A DNA stretch of 36,639 bases, taken from Stramenopiles sp. TOSAG23-3. Its lineage: Eukaryota. The position numbers and the translations under genes were made by a program. Below the pieces are notes generated by a model that saw only the letters and a list, made by a program, of their open reading frames with translations, was not told the origin of the DNA and searched no databases. Of the stretch, positions 9,767 through 20,423 are shown in pieces. The stretch's first letter is position 1. Every line of letters begins with the position of its first letter. The DNA is taken from positions 1 to 36,639 of the forward strand of contig LT642196.1 in NCBI GenBank assembly GCA_900128585.1, written 5' to 3'.

Positions 9767-10624
9767 CTAAGATTTGCTGCTTGCAGACGAGAAAACTTTC
9801 GATAAAGTAAATGACTTAAACGACCTTTCTTCGGAACCTTTACTTCGGTGTACGGGAACTGTTTGTTTGAAGTGTCTCTGCACGCCCCGACTCCCTCCGT
9901 TCTCCGGGGATCGTTTATTGCTGCTACGAACGCCTTTCCTCTGTTCAATTCGTTTAATCAGTTTTGCTTGCTCAACTCTATCGATATAGGCATTGTTTTC
10001 GCGCGTAGCTTTGGCCATCTCTGCGTTTAATTTTGTCTCACGCATTCTGCGGTCATAGCTAATTTTTTCCGTCAAATGACGCCATTTAAAACTTTTTAAG
10101 TATTTCAAGTTCCAGATGTCATCATAGTAGTAACTCCGTTTTTTTCCACCAACTTTTGTATTGTTCAAAGACTCGGCGATTCGTTTCGCTAGTTTCTTAT
10201 TTTCAAACTCGATCCAACCTTCTGTGTAACGTTTCCTGGTGTTTCCGCCGCTTTTTTTCCGCTGTCGCCGAAAGCTTTTGTCCTCAGCTACTAAATAAAT
10301 GTTCGTTACAGTCCCATACACACTAAGAATGTCACGAACTTTCATCGGTTTCATATAGGGTGGTACGCGACTAAGATAAACGACACCTCGTTTTTTCTGT
10401 TGAGACTGATACGCCTTTGCCGCAGCCTGCATTCGCTTTTTCAACTTTGTTTTAGGGCGAACATCAAGTTCCCCACGACCCAATTCTTCATCCGAGGGTA
10501 CACTATTGTCACTTGTAAAATCTGTTTGGCCACTAGCTAAAGAGGAGGGACCACTTTTTTGTTTGGTGATACGTCTCTCCGACTCAGGATCAGCACCCTC
10601 TACATTTTCCCGAGAGCGTTTCAT
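9767..10624 (-). CDS. ABT1: Pre-rRNA processing protein ESF2 / activator of basal transcription 1
   Basis: GVVYLSRVPPYM RRM, YTEGWIEF, GGKKRSYYYDDIWNLKYLKSFKW. Confidence 0.95.
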   Translation of the reverse strand: MKRSRENVEGADPESERRITKQKSGPSSLASGQTDFTSDNSVPSDEELGRGELDVRPKTKLKKRMQAAAKAYQSQQKKRGVVYLSRVPPYMKPMKVRDILSVYGTVTNIYLVAEDKSFRRQRKKSGGNTRKRYTEGWIEFENKKLAKRIAESLNNTKVGGKKRSYYYDDIWNLKYLKSFKWRHLTEKISYDRRMRETKLNAEMAKATRENNAYIDRVEQAKLIKRIEQRKGVRSSNKRSPENGGSRGVQRHFKQTVPVHRSKGSEERSFKSFTLSKVFSSASSKS

Positions 10625-11316
10625 ATCTACTATTAAGTGCGAACTCTGAACGGTTACTACTTGCTAGTGTTTTTCACTTGCTTTGCTACCGTTACTGCAT
10701 AACTTTCCCATAAATTGAAACGCAATAAATAAGTGGGAAAATCAAGAAATTGCTACCTTCAGCATTAGGTGCCAGTTCAGTACGGTAGTAATAGTACGAT
10801 CAACGCGAGAGACGCGACGACGCGACACGACACATAGAAGAAGATCAATAATAATGTTCATTATTATTATTATTATTTATTTTAGACACTCTTCTTCTCT
10901 TCCGTCGTGCCATCGTGTCGTGGTGGCAGCGGCGGCTCGTTGGTTCGTGGCGGAGGGAGGAGGAGAAGAGGAGGAAGAAATATTATCATGACTTCGTACT
11001 ACAATTACATACCAAATAATTTAAACTGCGCCAGATGATCTCTCCTCTCACAACACTATTGAATAATAATAAATAAATAATAATAATAATACAGCATCAT
11101 CACCGTCACCACAAAATTTATTTTCCTGCTGTCTGCTTGCTAATAATTCTTCCAATAATATATAGACGACTATCTATATTATACCAAAATAATAAATAAA
11201 AAATTGATGATGATGATACTGTAATACCTTGGTAAAAAAAAAAGTTCGAATATAAAAAATAATCATTAATTATTTTACTTTGGATATACGTACTTATTAA
11301 GATGTTGCGTTGCTTC

Positions 11317-12672
11317 TTATTGAACCATTTTCTGCTTCCTACTTGCACTGTTAAACAGTTCACGCCTAATTTCAGATGTTATGGCTGGATGTTGATGCTT
11401 CCGCAAAACATTTCGTAGACCCTCTTTCTGTTCTTTTGTCAAACTTGCTTTGTAGCGCTGGGCAAACACGAGAAAGCTCTGGTGCCAAAGCACTGGCATT
11501 GTGCGCGTTTCTGACATAAAGCCCACAAAATGCTCTGCTATTGCGTCGATGACTTTGTAGGGCAATGAATACTTTTTGTTCATTAGTACAGTCATAAAAA
11601 TGCTGGTGCCACCAGTATATGCGAGGTGTGTTAATTTCAACAAAGCTGCCGCAGAGTGCATTATAGGTATAGAGACTTTGCTCAAAACGCTTCCTATAAT
11701 CATCGCCTCTTTCAATGTGCAATCGTTTTCTGCCAGGGGAAGCAGAAACCCTTTAAAAAAGGCAGCAGGTTTATACAGTGCTTTCTTGACCGCACAATAC
11801 AGATGGTAGTTTAATTTCTTGTTTGAGCGGATGTCAAAGCGAACACATGGCAGCAGTATCAAATTATAAAATCGTTGCGCGTGCTTAGGCTTGAGATTGG
11901 ATGCGAACAATTTTGTGGCAACAAACATTGCCTGTGGTGACCATGTGTCGGGAGCCGTGATCCACAAAACCTCTTCCCAGTTCCTTAACGCTGGGATTAC
12001 TTTGAACGCCTTGGGTATCTTCCCAGCACGATACCGAGTCAAAAGCGTTCCTACTGACGTATAGACTTGCCTCACTTTTTCGTTCATAGCAGAAGACAGC
12101 GAGCCTCCTCCTTCGCGTCCATTCCCAATTTGCTTATTGCTTTGTGCTTCAGCCATTTCTTTCTCTCTAATTTTCTCGGCAATGATATCACCCAGTGTTC
12201 TCCGCTCGCTAGTTCCCGAAGGCATAAACTGCTGGAACGCAGCAGCCTCGGACTCATTCAATTCATAAAACTGCTCCGTTTTACCGTCTACGAAGCCATC
12301 ATGGTCTAATACCGCCATATCTCCGTCGATATCATCGTCTCTGTTGTCCATGTCGTACTCGTCCATCTCGTCTACGTCGAACTTTCGGCGACCTTGCTCC
12401 TGGTGCTTAAGGGCACGGGCTTTCGCGGCTTCCTCATGGACTTCGTCTTGCTGCTCACGGGCCAGTTCCATAACTTTTCTAGACACGGATACGGGCATGT
12501 ATTCATCATTGTTGGCTTCGTTGCTGCCGCCACTGGTCTGCTCTCGCCGTTTCATCTCTTTAGACAAACCCTTTTGATCGACACGTTTGGAAAACTCGTC
12601 CATTGCTGTCTGTGCCGCCAACGGGGCATGGCGCAGGGTAGACCCGCTGTGATCACGTTTCTTCCTTGGCAT
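11317..12672 (-). CDS. BYSL: Bystin / Enp1 (pre-40S assembly factor)
   Basis: YRAGKIPKAFKVIP, LNYHLYCAVKKALYKPAAFFKG, NKKYSLPY, MPVLWHQSFLVFAQRYK. First ATG is 12672. Confidence 0.96.
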   Translation of the reverse strand: MPRKKRDHSGSTLRHAPLAAQTAMDEFSKRVDQKGLSKEMKRREQTSGGSNEANNDEYMPVSVSRKVMELAREQQDEVHEEAAKARALKHQEQGRRKFDVDEMDEYDMDNRDDDIDGDMAVLDHDGFVDGKTEQFYELNESEAAAFQQFMPSGTSERRTLGDIIAEKIREKEMAEAQSNKQIGNGREGGGSLSSAMNEKVRQVYTSVGTLLTRYRAGKIPKAFKVIPALRNWEEVLWITAPDTWSPQAMFVATKLFASNLKPKHAQRFYNLILLPCVRFDIRSNKKLNYHLYCAVKKALYKPAAFFKGFLLPLAENDCTLKEAMIIGSVLSKVSIPIMHSAAALLKLTHLAYTGGTSIFMTVLMNKKYSLPYKVIDAIAEHFVGFMSETRTMPVLWHQSFLVFAQRYKASLTKEQKEGLRNVLRKHQHPAITSEIRRELFNSASRKQKMVQ

Positions 12673-13803
12673 TAGCAACGTTTCTCAACGAACTCTTCAG
12701 GGCAAAAAAAACTTTTAAAGGCCTATTCGATACAAGATGATTTGTATCGTTTTCTTCAGTACATCAATCCCCTTGTTATTTCTTCTGTTCGATACTTTGT
12801 GACTTGCCGTAACAGTATCTCGGGGCACGTATGACAATACCACTACTACTTTCCGCAGGGCAGGTATATCATCCTTTATTATTATTATATATTTTTTTTC
12901 TTCTTCTACAGTATTACTAAAAAAATAATTAATTAATTATAATAAATAAAAAAATGATGATGGTTTTTTTTTTTGCGAAGAAGAAGGAAAAAAAAAAAAA
13001 AAAGAAGGAAGAAAGAAAGAAAGAAGAAGAGGATAGAGGAAGCCCCTTTTTTTTTTAGTACAATAAATACTATAAGTATAGCATGTGACTTTTATATTGG
13101 TGCTTGGCAATGCTGTTGTTCGTTGTTCCAGGTTCGTCACCTCCAACAAAGCTCACAGCGCACAAATGGGAAAATTTCTGTAATTGGTTAAAAAAAAACT
13201 AAATTTTTAAACATGAAAGTGTATCGAGTACAGACGGTCAATGTCCTACTCGTATAGTGATCATTAGATATAATTTGTGAGTTAGTTGGGCTTCTTTGTT
13301 TTGAGAAGGCCAACATTCAATGAATATTATACTGCATATATAATTATAATATTATTTATATTTATATATCGAGTACAATAAGTATTTACTAATGAATAGA
13401 ATCGAAACAACTAAAATTATTTTTTTCTGTCTCTGGTATATGCTCTGTTTATGTTAAAATTACAATGGTATACGTATGTATTAAATTGCAAGTCTTCACA
13501 ACCAGTCAAATTTCCAAAATCCCTGATCCAAATGCTATTCTATTGTATAGACTGCTACTACAATGGAAATAGAAGGGAAAAATAATAAAAGAATGGAGGA
13601 GGAGGTAGAAGATATTACAAAGGAAGAAAGAAGAAGAGAATTAATTCTAGTGTTCGCTGTAACAAACGCATTCGACAAAGTGAACGTGTACCGCCTCTCT
13701 TTCACAGCCATATGACAAAAGAGAAGCTGAACAGTTGCACGCGAAAGAAGAAGAGGTGCACCAAGTCACTAATACATCAATTTTACCGTTGAACATATAA
13801 TAA

Positions 13804-13842
13804 ACTCTTTATCTTTTATTCTCTTCTTCCAATTTTTCAAAT
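13804..13842 (+). promoter_or_regulatory. Pyrimidine-rich tract just upstream of the RPS17 start (TOP-like leader/TSS region)
   Basis: CTCTTTATCTTTTATTCTCTTCTTCC lies immediately before the ATG, as is typical of ribosomal-protein genes. The TSS is not mapped. Confidence 0.35.
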
Positions 13843-14523
13843 ATGGTAAGTTCCCTCACTTCCCCATCGGCCGGTGACAACCGGGCTTCCCTGTACATTC
13901 ACGAATAGGTATCAAAGTTCAAAACTGTCTGTTTTTTCATTTTTTTTTACACAACAATAGAACGGTGCGGCTGGAACGTCTGTGACGTGAACCCCCTTCA
14001 AGGCTGGAGCGATTAAAAAGAAAGACAACAGCATCTTTGATATACAATCGTGAGCCCCTTGGATTTTGCCACATGAATATTAAACTAACAGCCTTTTAAT
14101 CTTTCTATTATGTAGGGTCGTGTACGCACCAAAACTGTTAAAAGAACCGCTCGTAATATCGTCGAAAAGTATTACATGAGTCTTACCCAAGACTTTAACA
14201 CCAACAAAAAAGTCTGCGATGAAGTTGCGACCATTCCATCCAAACGCATGCGAAACAAGATCGCCGGTTACGTCACCCAGTTGATGAAGCGCATCTCGCG
14301 TGGCCCAGTTCGAGGCATCTCTTTGAAGCTGCAAGAAGAAGAGCGTGAACGCCGCCTGGACTTTGTTCCAGAGGTTTCCGCCATTGACCTTCCTGTCATT
14401 GAAGTTGATGAAGATACTAAGGCTATGCTTACCGCTTTAAATTTGGGTAGGTTACCACGTGTGCAAGTAGCAAGTTCAGGTGGCCCAGGAAACTGGGAAC
14501 GTTCCCGCAGGGGCCGTCACTAA
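13843..14523 (+). CDS. RPS17: 40S ribosomal protein S17 (eS17); exon 1 = ATG 13843-13845, exon 2 = 14116-14523 (136 aa)
   Basis: Splicing gives [21 protein letters not shown]...RNKIAGYVT...[18 protein letters not shown]. The ORF track catches only an internal Met at 14176. Confidence 0.97.
13846..14115 (+). other. Spliceosomal intron (270 nt) directly after the RPS17 start codon
   Basis: ATG|GTAAGT donor, ACTAAC branch point near 14084, pyrimidine tract, TGTAG|GGT acceptor. Removal restores the canonical eS17 N-terminus. Confidence 0.93.
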
Positions 14524-14737
14524 ACTAGTCGTTTGGTGTTGATGCGCGCGCTGTGTTGCCCCCGTGGCAGACTTCCTGGGGGGTGTGAATTGTAAAGACT
14601 AAGGCAATGCGGTGTGTAATTTAATTCTCAATTAGTATTACGTAGTAAGTAGATGTTTATCCAGATTCGCACGGAAGGATCGAAGTAAATTTTACGTGTT
14701 TGTATCTCTCAGATATCTCGCCACCCTCTTCATCTCG

Positions 14738-15682
14738 TCAAGAAATCACACATTTCTTGCTGTCTGCCCCCTGGTCGTTTTTATCGTCCTTCCCGGCATC
14801 TTCGGACTCTGCAACGTTTTTATCGTCCTTCCTGGCAGGTTCGGACGCTGCAACATCAATGATTGGTTTACTGTCAACAGGAATATCTGATGGCTGGTTC
14901 TCTTTATGCCTGTTGTTCTCGCTCGGTAACTTCTCTGTCGATCCCATGGCGCTTTCATCGGCAATTGTAGCAGTAACACCGTCGTCAGGGACACCGAGAC
15001 CCTCTCCTTCTTTGATGGGGCTCACGGTTTTTATGGTTTTTGAATCTTTGTCCTTTTGCACTTCTCCCTCCCCCCCCTGGATATCTTGGCCGCTTTTCAC
15101 AACGTACACCGAAGCGCTTCGAGAAAGGATTGTAGGGGCTTTTTCTAATGAATCTGGGGTATACAACCGCGAGTCCTCGGGGTTGGCATCGAACTGGTCC
15201 ATGCCCATGGTGTCCTCCCACATTATATTTGGCCGTCCTTTTGGCGAACTGGTGGGCAGTTTGTTCTCTCGTCGTTTTTCGTCTTCCACCTCAAGAAAGC
15301 CTGCGTGCAGTAATTCTTTCAACGCTGGCCGTAGGGTGGAAAAGTAGGGCTCAATAGAAGAGCCCGAAAATTTGTAACAGCTCATACAAACGTTAATGGC
15401 CAAGGATCGCACGTAGTTGTTTGGGTGTTGTAAAAACACCACAACCCGAGGCATTATGTAATCCAGGGTAAGGGGCGGCCTTGATTTATGGAGTCCAAGG
15501 ATATTTATACAGCGAGAAAGCAACTTTAACTTTCCGCTCAGTTCCCGCCACGGCTGTTTCTCACAATCTGATGTTTCTGGCAGCAAATACTGTTTGATTA
15601 AAATGTTCACGCCAACATCTGAAGCAATACAACTGTTGCCTCGGGGGCGTTGCTCAGGGATTCCTGAATTTTCTCGTCTCGA
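14738..15682 (-). CDS. 3' part of a split gene: CEP104-like TOG/HEAT segment plus acidic low-complexity tail
   Basis: QPWRELSGKLKLL...LQHPNNYVRSLAINVCMSCYKFSGSSIEPYFSTLRP resembles TOG HEAT repeats. There is no ATG at its 5' end. The frame is open up to 15682 and overlaps the upstream ORF. Confidence 0.6.
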   Translation of the reverse strand, partial: SRRENSGIPEQRPRGNSCIASDVGVNILIKQYLLPETSDCEKQPWRELSGKLKLLSRCINILGLHKSRPPLTLDYIMPRVVVFLQHPNNYVRSLAINVCMSCYKFSGSSIEPYFSTLRPALKELLHAGFLEVEDEKRRENKLPTSSPKGRPNIMWEDTMGMDQFDANPEDSRLYTPDSLEKAPTILSRSASVYVVKSGQDIQGGEGEVQKDKDSKTIKTVSPIKEGEGLGVPDDGVTATIADESAMGSTEKLPSENNRHKENQPSDIPVDSKPIIDVAASEPARKDDKNVAESEDAGKDDKNDQGADSKKCVIS

Positions 15683-16605
15683 CTAATAGCCGAAAATATT
15701 TCTTTTGCTCGCAAAGTCCTGGCATTGCGCACGTCTAGCCGCAGGAAAAGCTTCCTCAACGAGCTAATGAGCTTTGTTTGAGAGTGAATTTTTTCGTACC
15801 ATGCATGCATAGCATAATTTTCAGTTTTATCACGCTGCCTCCGTTCCACCCACTGTTTTGCCTCTTTTTGCAATCTTGCAAGGGCATCCCGGCTTGTCAA
15901 AGTTGTTTGACAAGCTCGCACTTTTGTTCTAACCTCTGCTTGGCATTCAACATCTCTGGCAGATACTTTTGCCATCATGCTTGCTTCTCTCAATGCGGGT
16001 TCAATCTGACACCCTGTTTCCTGGACTTTTCCTGATTCGACCCGCAATCGTTTTGCCCACACGCCCATTGGCTTGAGAAATGGTTGTTTGTGGATTCCTT
16101 CGCTTGCCCTGGTAGCATTAGCGATCGCCGTCGTGTCCCCAGCTGTCAGTGCCGCTGTCTGTGAAGATGCCGGCGGTGTGCTGACACCAGCGCCATCTTT
16201 GTGAGTAAGATAGACGGAATTATTTTTTCGCAAGCTGTAATTATCACTTGCGGGAGATGCCCTCAAAAAGAAATTTGCCAGCCATAAAGCTGGATCGTCA
16301 GGCTGTGCAAGCGCACATTTTGTCAATGCTCTTTGTACAGTTGGGTTAAGTGTTTTTAAATACCGCGAAATACTTGGAATCAGAGGCTTTGATAGCATAC
16401 GTTTTCTGGGAAGACGAGGAACAACAACATTTGTTTCATGTTCTAGTGCGGTGGATCGTTGGGTCGAAGGGATTGACGGAAGCGATGGAACACCCGATCG
16501 ACTCGAAGGCGGGGTTGGCGCCTCGGACCGACTCGAAGGCAGGGTTGGTACCTCTGACTCTGGCGTATCAGATATAACTACCGGGTGGTTTCTTTCTTGA
16601 TTCAT
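15607..16605 (-). CDS. 5' part of a split gene: Pro/Ser repeats, Dpy-30-type dimerisation/docking motif, degenerate EF-hand
   Basis: YLKTLNPTVQRALTKCALAQPDDPALWLANFFL (Dpy-30/RIIa-like); LRKLFLRLDVRNARTLRAKEI (EF-hand-like). First ATG is 16605. Confidence 0.65.
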   Translation of the reverse strand: MNQERNHPVVISDTPESEVPTLPSSRSEAPTPPSSRSGVPSLPSIPSTQRSTALEHETNVVVPRLPRKRMLSKPLIPSISRYLKTLNPTVQRALTKCALAQPDDPALWLANFFLRASPASDNYSLRKNNSVYLTHKDGAGVSTPPASSQTAALTAGDTTAIANATRASEGIHKQPFLKPMGVWAKRLRVESGKVQETGCQIEPALREASMMAKVSARDVECQAEVRTKVRACQTTLTSRDALARLQKEAKQWVERRQRDKTENYAMHAWYEKIHSQTKLISSLRKLFLRLDVRNARTLRAKEIFSAISRDEKIQESLSNAPEATVVLLQMLA

Positions 16606-17254
16606 ACCAACTTGTTCCAGTTTTAATTCTCGGCTCACGAGGTCTAAACGGAATGCTTCTTTCGAAATAATTTGTGATAATCTAAAAGATACCCCGCATA
16701 GATGACAAAAAATTGAAGCCAGAACTATTACGAAGTCAGACAGCAGATTTACTTACAACAAAGAAAATCAACAACAGTTGAGATAAATCAGTTAAAAAAA
16801 GTTTTCTTCTACACCTAGAAAAACAAAAAATAAAAAAAATACTGTAAAATAATAAACCATCATCAAGTATAATAATAAATATATCGCCGTCCGTCGTGCG
16901 TAATATTATTAGAGATATATTACATTATACTGAAGAACGATCAACAATTCGTTAAAAATTTCTTATTACCAAAGTAACCAAATTAATACAGTACATTGTA
17001 AACAATGTATTTAGAGAGCATTTTTTGTTTTTCATTCCGTTACATTATTAAAAAAATTATTTTTGTGTTGTTCTATCTGTTCACGTTATTATTATATTAA
17101 ATTAGTGGTATTAGCTGTAATACCTGTACGCAGCTGTACCAAAAAGAAACTAAAAAAACAACATGTATTTGTTTTTTAAATTTAATATTGTGCGCCTCTA
17201 AAAACTATAACAACACATCTTCTGGGGAAATAGTTTGAAGACACAAACGGGCTT

Positions 17255-19195
17255 TTACGTTCTGACTGGAATTTTCCCACCATTCAAATATTCTCTGATT
17301 TCTGTTCCGCTCAGCGTTTCCAATTCTATCAAAGCCTTGGCTAGTTTCTCGTGGTCTGCTCTGTGCTTCTCCAAGCATTTTTTTGCACGATCATAGCTTT
17401 GCTCTACCAGTTCTTTAATGCTGTCATCTATAAGTTTGCGGGTCTCTGGGGCTAGTTCCTTAAGGTCGTTGTCGCTATACCGAACAACGCCAATCTTCGG
17501 CACCATGCCGTATGACATGACCATTCTCCGTGCAATATTTGTTGCCTGTTGGAAATCGGAAGATGCACCGCTCGTAACGCCCTCGTCCCCGAAAATAATT
17601 TCTTCTGCGACTCTGCCACCCATGCAAACGTCCATTCGGGCAAGCATTTGCCGTTTAGTTTCACTTGTTTGATCCCCTTCTGGTAGCTGCATTACCATGC
17701 CCAAAGACCGACCTCTGGGTACAATAGTAGCTTTGTGAATGGGATGCGCCCCCTTGGTATTAAGGGCAACGATCGCGTGCCCACTCTCATGGTAAGCCGT
17801 TACCTTCTGCGTTTCTGCGGAGATATATGCGGATTTCCGTTCGTCTCCCATCAGGACTTTGTCTTTCGCGTGTTCGAGTTCTTTTAAATCAACTCGATCT
17901 TTCCCTAAAACAGATGCCCGCACAGCTGCCAAATTGCATATGTTTGCCAGATCTGCGCCACTAAACCCAGGAGTTCCTCTTGCAAGAATTTCTGCATCTA
18001 TGTCTGGGTCAGTGGTGATGGTGGTAAAATAATGCTTCAAGATTTTCGTGCGATCTCGAATATCAGGCAAAGGGACGGCAATCTGTCTATCAAAGCGCCC
18101 AGGACGAACAAGGGCAGGGTCCAGCGACTGGCCAAAATTTGTAGCGGCAAGTACAATCAAACCATCGGTCTCTTCAAAGCCATCCAACTCAATGAGCAGC
18201 TGGTTTAACGTCATATTCATGGCCTGCTGCTCTTTCCCACTTCTTTTTCTACCCACAGCGTCGATTTCGTCGATGAAAACTATTGCTGGTAATTGCAGCT
18301 TTGCCGACTTAAACAATTGGCGGATCCGTTTTGCACCGATACCAACAAACATTTCATCAAACTCTGAGCCAGACGCGTAAAAGAAAGGAACATCGGCCTC
18401 TCCAGCTACAGCGCGAGCTAGTAACGTTTTTCCCGTTCCTGGCGGTCCTTCCAATAGAACTCCTTTCGGAAGCTTTCCTCCCAAACGTGTGAATTTGTCA
18501 GGATCTTTCAAATACTCAACGATTTCTACCAATTGCTCTTTTGCTTCTCCACACCCACAGACATCGTCAAAGGACTTGTCGGAACGCTGTGGTTCAAAGG
18601 TCTTGGAATTCCCGAACGGCGAAAACGCTGTCGGCCCACTCCCTTTGCTACTTGAATCACTCATTAATTGAGAGACCAGGTAAATACCAAACCCAATAAA
18701 CAAAATCCTAGGGGCGCTATCGAACAGCTTAGCTTTCCAATTTTTTTCTGAAAATCGAACAACGAGTGGGTTCGCGGGCGTACCAAAAGTACTCCGGCCG
18801 CCTCTTCTACTCGCTCTCGACCCCGCTCCTGCGCCGCCGTAGCGCTGGGATGTAGATGCCCTTGCAGAGGACAAAAATTGCAGAATTTTTCTAGAGCTCG
18901 AGCGTGCTATTCTGCCTGTCTTTGCTACAGCAATGAAATATTCTTGTGCAACTAGATCATTTACCGCTATTTTCCCACTCTCGACTCGACTCACCACGGC
19001 TGCTGGATCAGATTTATTGAGTTCTCGCAAAAGCTGATATTGGGCCTCAGGGTTGGTTAAATTTGAGTTGGCATGTTCCTCCAACAGCTTAGCATTGTTA
19101 AACCTTCTCCGCGGAGGCACCTGAGTTTTATTCCAAAATCGTACTTCTGGACGGGGGCGAACGCCTTGATGAATACGAAAAAACTTTGAGAACAT
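17255..19195 (-). CDS. YME1L1: Mitochondrial i-AAA zinc metalloprotease (YME1/FtsH4 type)
   Basis: Basic presequence-like N-terminus from ATG 19195, single TM, Walker A GPPGTGKT, Walker [26 protein letters not shown] zinc motif. Confidence 0.95.
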   Translation of the reverse strand: MFSKFFRIHQGVRPRPEVRFWNKTQVPPRRRFNNAKLLEEHANSNLTNPEAQYQLLRELNKSDPAAVVSRVESGKIAVNDLVAQEYFIAVAKTGRIARSSSRKILQFLSSARASTSQRYGGAGAGSRASRRGGRSTFGTPANPLVVRFSEKNWKAKLFDSAPRILFIGFGIYLVSQLMSDSSSKGSGPTAFSPFGNSKTFEPQRSDKSFDDVCGCGEAKEQLVEIVEYLKDPDKFTRLGGKLPKGVLLEGPPGTGKTLLARAVAGEADVPFFYASGSEFDEMFVGIGAKRIRQLFKSAKLQLPAIVFIDEIDAVGRKRSGKEQQAMNMTLNQLLIELDGFEETDGLIVLAATNFGQSLDPALVRPGRFDRQIAVPLPDIRDRTKILKHYFTTITTDPDIDAEILARGTPGFSGADLANICNLAAVRASVLGKDRVDLKELEHAKDKVLMGDERKSAYISAETQKVTAYHESGHAIVALNTKGAHPIHKATIVPRGRSLGMVMQLPEGDQTSETKRQMLARMDVCMGGRVAEEIIFGDEGVTSGASSDFQQATNIARRMVMSYGMVPKIGVVRYSDNDLKELAPETRKLIDDSIKELVEQSYDRAKKCLEKHRADHEKLAKALIELETLSGTEIREYLNGGKIPVRT

Positions 19196-19785
19196 TTTAG
19201 TCCGGAACCGTTTCGGTGACGTGGTGTTTTTATGTCTTACAAACGACAAACAAGTTAGAAGCCCAGAACCTTTTAACGTGTGTTAAACTACTGGATAAGA
19301 CAGTTGAAACAAGAAGAAGATAGTCAGATTTTTCCTTCGCACAATGCCGCCCGATCAAGTGTTTTTACTTCAGAACAAACAACAACTGAAGTTCGATGTT
19401 TGATATATCACCGGACGACCGACAAACCGGTGGACTTCACCACCGAGGTATTATACTACGAGGTCGTATACTACAAGCACCACCAGCAAAATAATTAAAA
19501 GAAGACGATACGATGCCAAAGTTTTATTTACTTGTGGTCGTCTAGCTGTTGTGTGTATGTTATAATAATTTGGTGCGTGTTCTAAGAAGAAGAATTATTA
19601 TTCCAAAAAATGACTTGGGACTTCGGACTACTAAACTAAAACCCCATCACTAAGTCTCCTCGTACTTTGATATATCTACTCGTTTATATCACACAGCATG
19701 AGATACTTTACATGAAGTACCATCAGCACCATTAATCCAATTTGGAAGAAAATCGAAATAGAAACTACGAACTAAAAATATAATA

Positions 19786-19937
19786 CTTCTTCTTTCTTTT
19801 TTCTTTTTTCTTTCTTCTTTCTTCTTTCTTCTTTCTTCTTTCTTTCTTCTTTCTTCTTTCTTCTTTCTTCTTTCTTCTTTCTTCTTTCTTCTTTCTTCTT
19901 TCTTCTTTCTTTTCTTTCTTCTTTCTTCTTTTTTCTT
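19786..19937. repeat. (TTCTTTC)n polypyrimidine microsatellite
   Basis: About 150 bp of uninterrupted C/T with a 7-bp period, in the divergent FtsH/PDCL3 spacer. Confidence 0.95.
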
Positions 19938-20109
19938 GTTTCTTCTATTATACTTCTACTGCTTCTTCTCTTTTTTTTTATTATTAATTACCGGCTGCGG
20001 TAGACACACCCTGATAATATTCAAATAATACTGACATTATATATTTATCATTTTTTTTTTAATTATATTAATTAATTTTTTTCTCTCTCCTCCTCTTCTT
20101 CTTTTTTTT

Positions 20110-20149
20110 TTCTTCTTCTTCTTCTTCTTCTTCTTCTTCTTCTTCTTCT
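20110..20149. repeat. (TCT)n trinucleotide microsatellite
   Basis: Direct reading. Confidence 0.9.
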
Positions 20150-20423
20150 CATCATGTTCTCATCATGTCTTCTTCTTCGTTCGCGCGGCCGTCATCATCA
20201 CTCCTCATCATCAATTTTGCGCGTTGTTGTTGGTACGTACGTACCAAATTAGCAATTTGCATGGCAAAAAATGATAATCATTTCATTCATTCTCTTAAGG
20301 GACGTTTCACGAGAGCACAGCAATAATTTGTAGCCGGGTATCTTGTTGACGAAAATCTGTTAGCTCGGGCCAAAAAAACCAAAACTTTCATTCAGACGAT
20401 TCTCTTCGAAGACGCTAAAAAAG

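Noticed and set aside
12937-13191. Lys/Arg-rich and Phe-rich ORFs (also 25634-25918, 31889-32122, 32409-32648)
   Set aside because: Products of low-complexity tracts, mostly with non-ATG starts.
13285-13314. Hairpin GTTGG-G-CTTCT...AGAAG-G-CCAAC in the bystin/RPS17 spacer
   Set aside because: Isolated ~11-bp stem with no box motifs or second copy.
13960-14076. Intronic snoRNA in RPS17
   Set aside because: An ACA is present near 14071, but I could not build convincing H/ACA hairpins and there are no canonical C/D boxes. It is not excluded without a covariance search.
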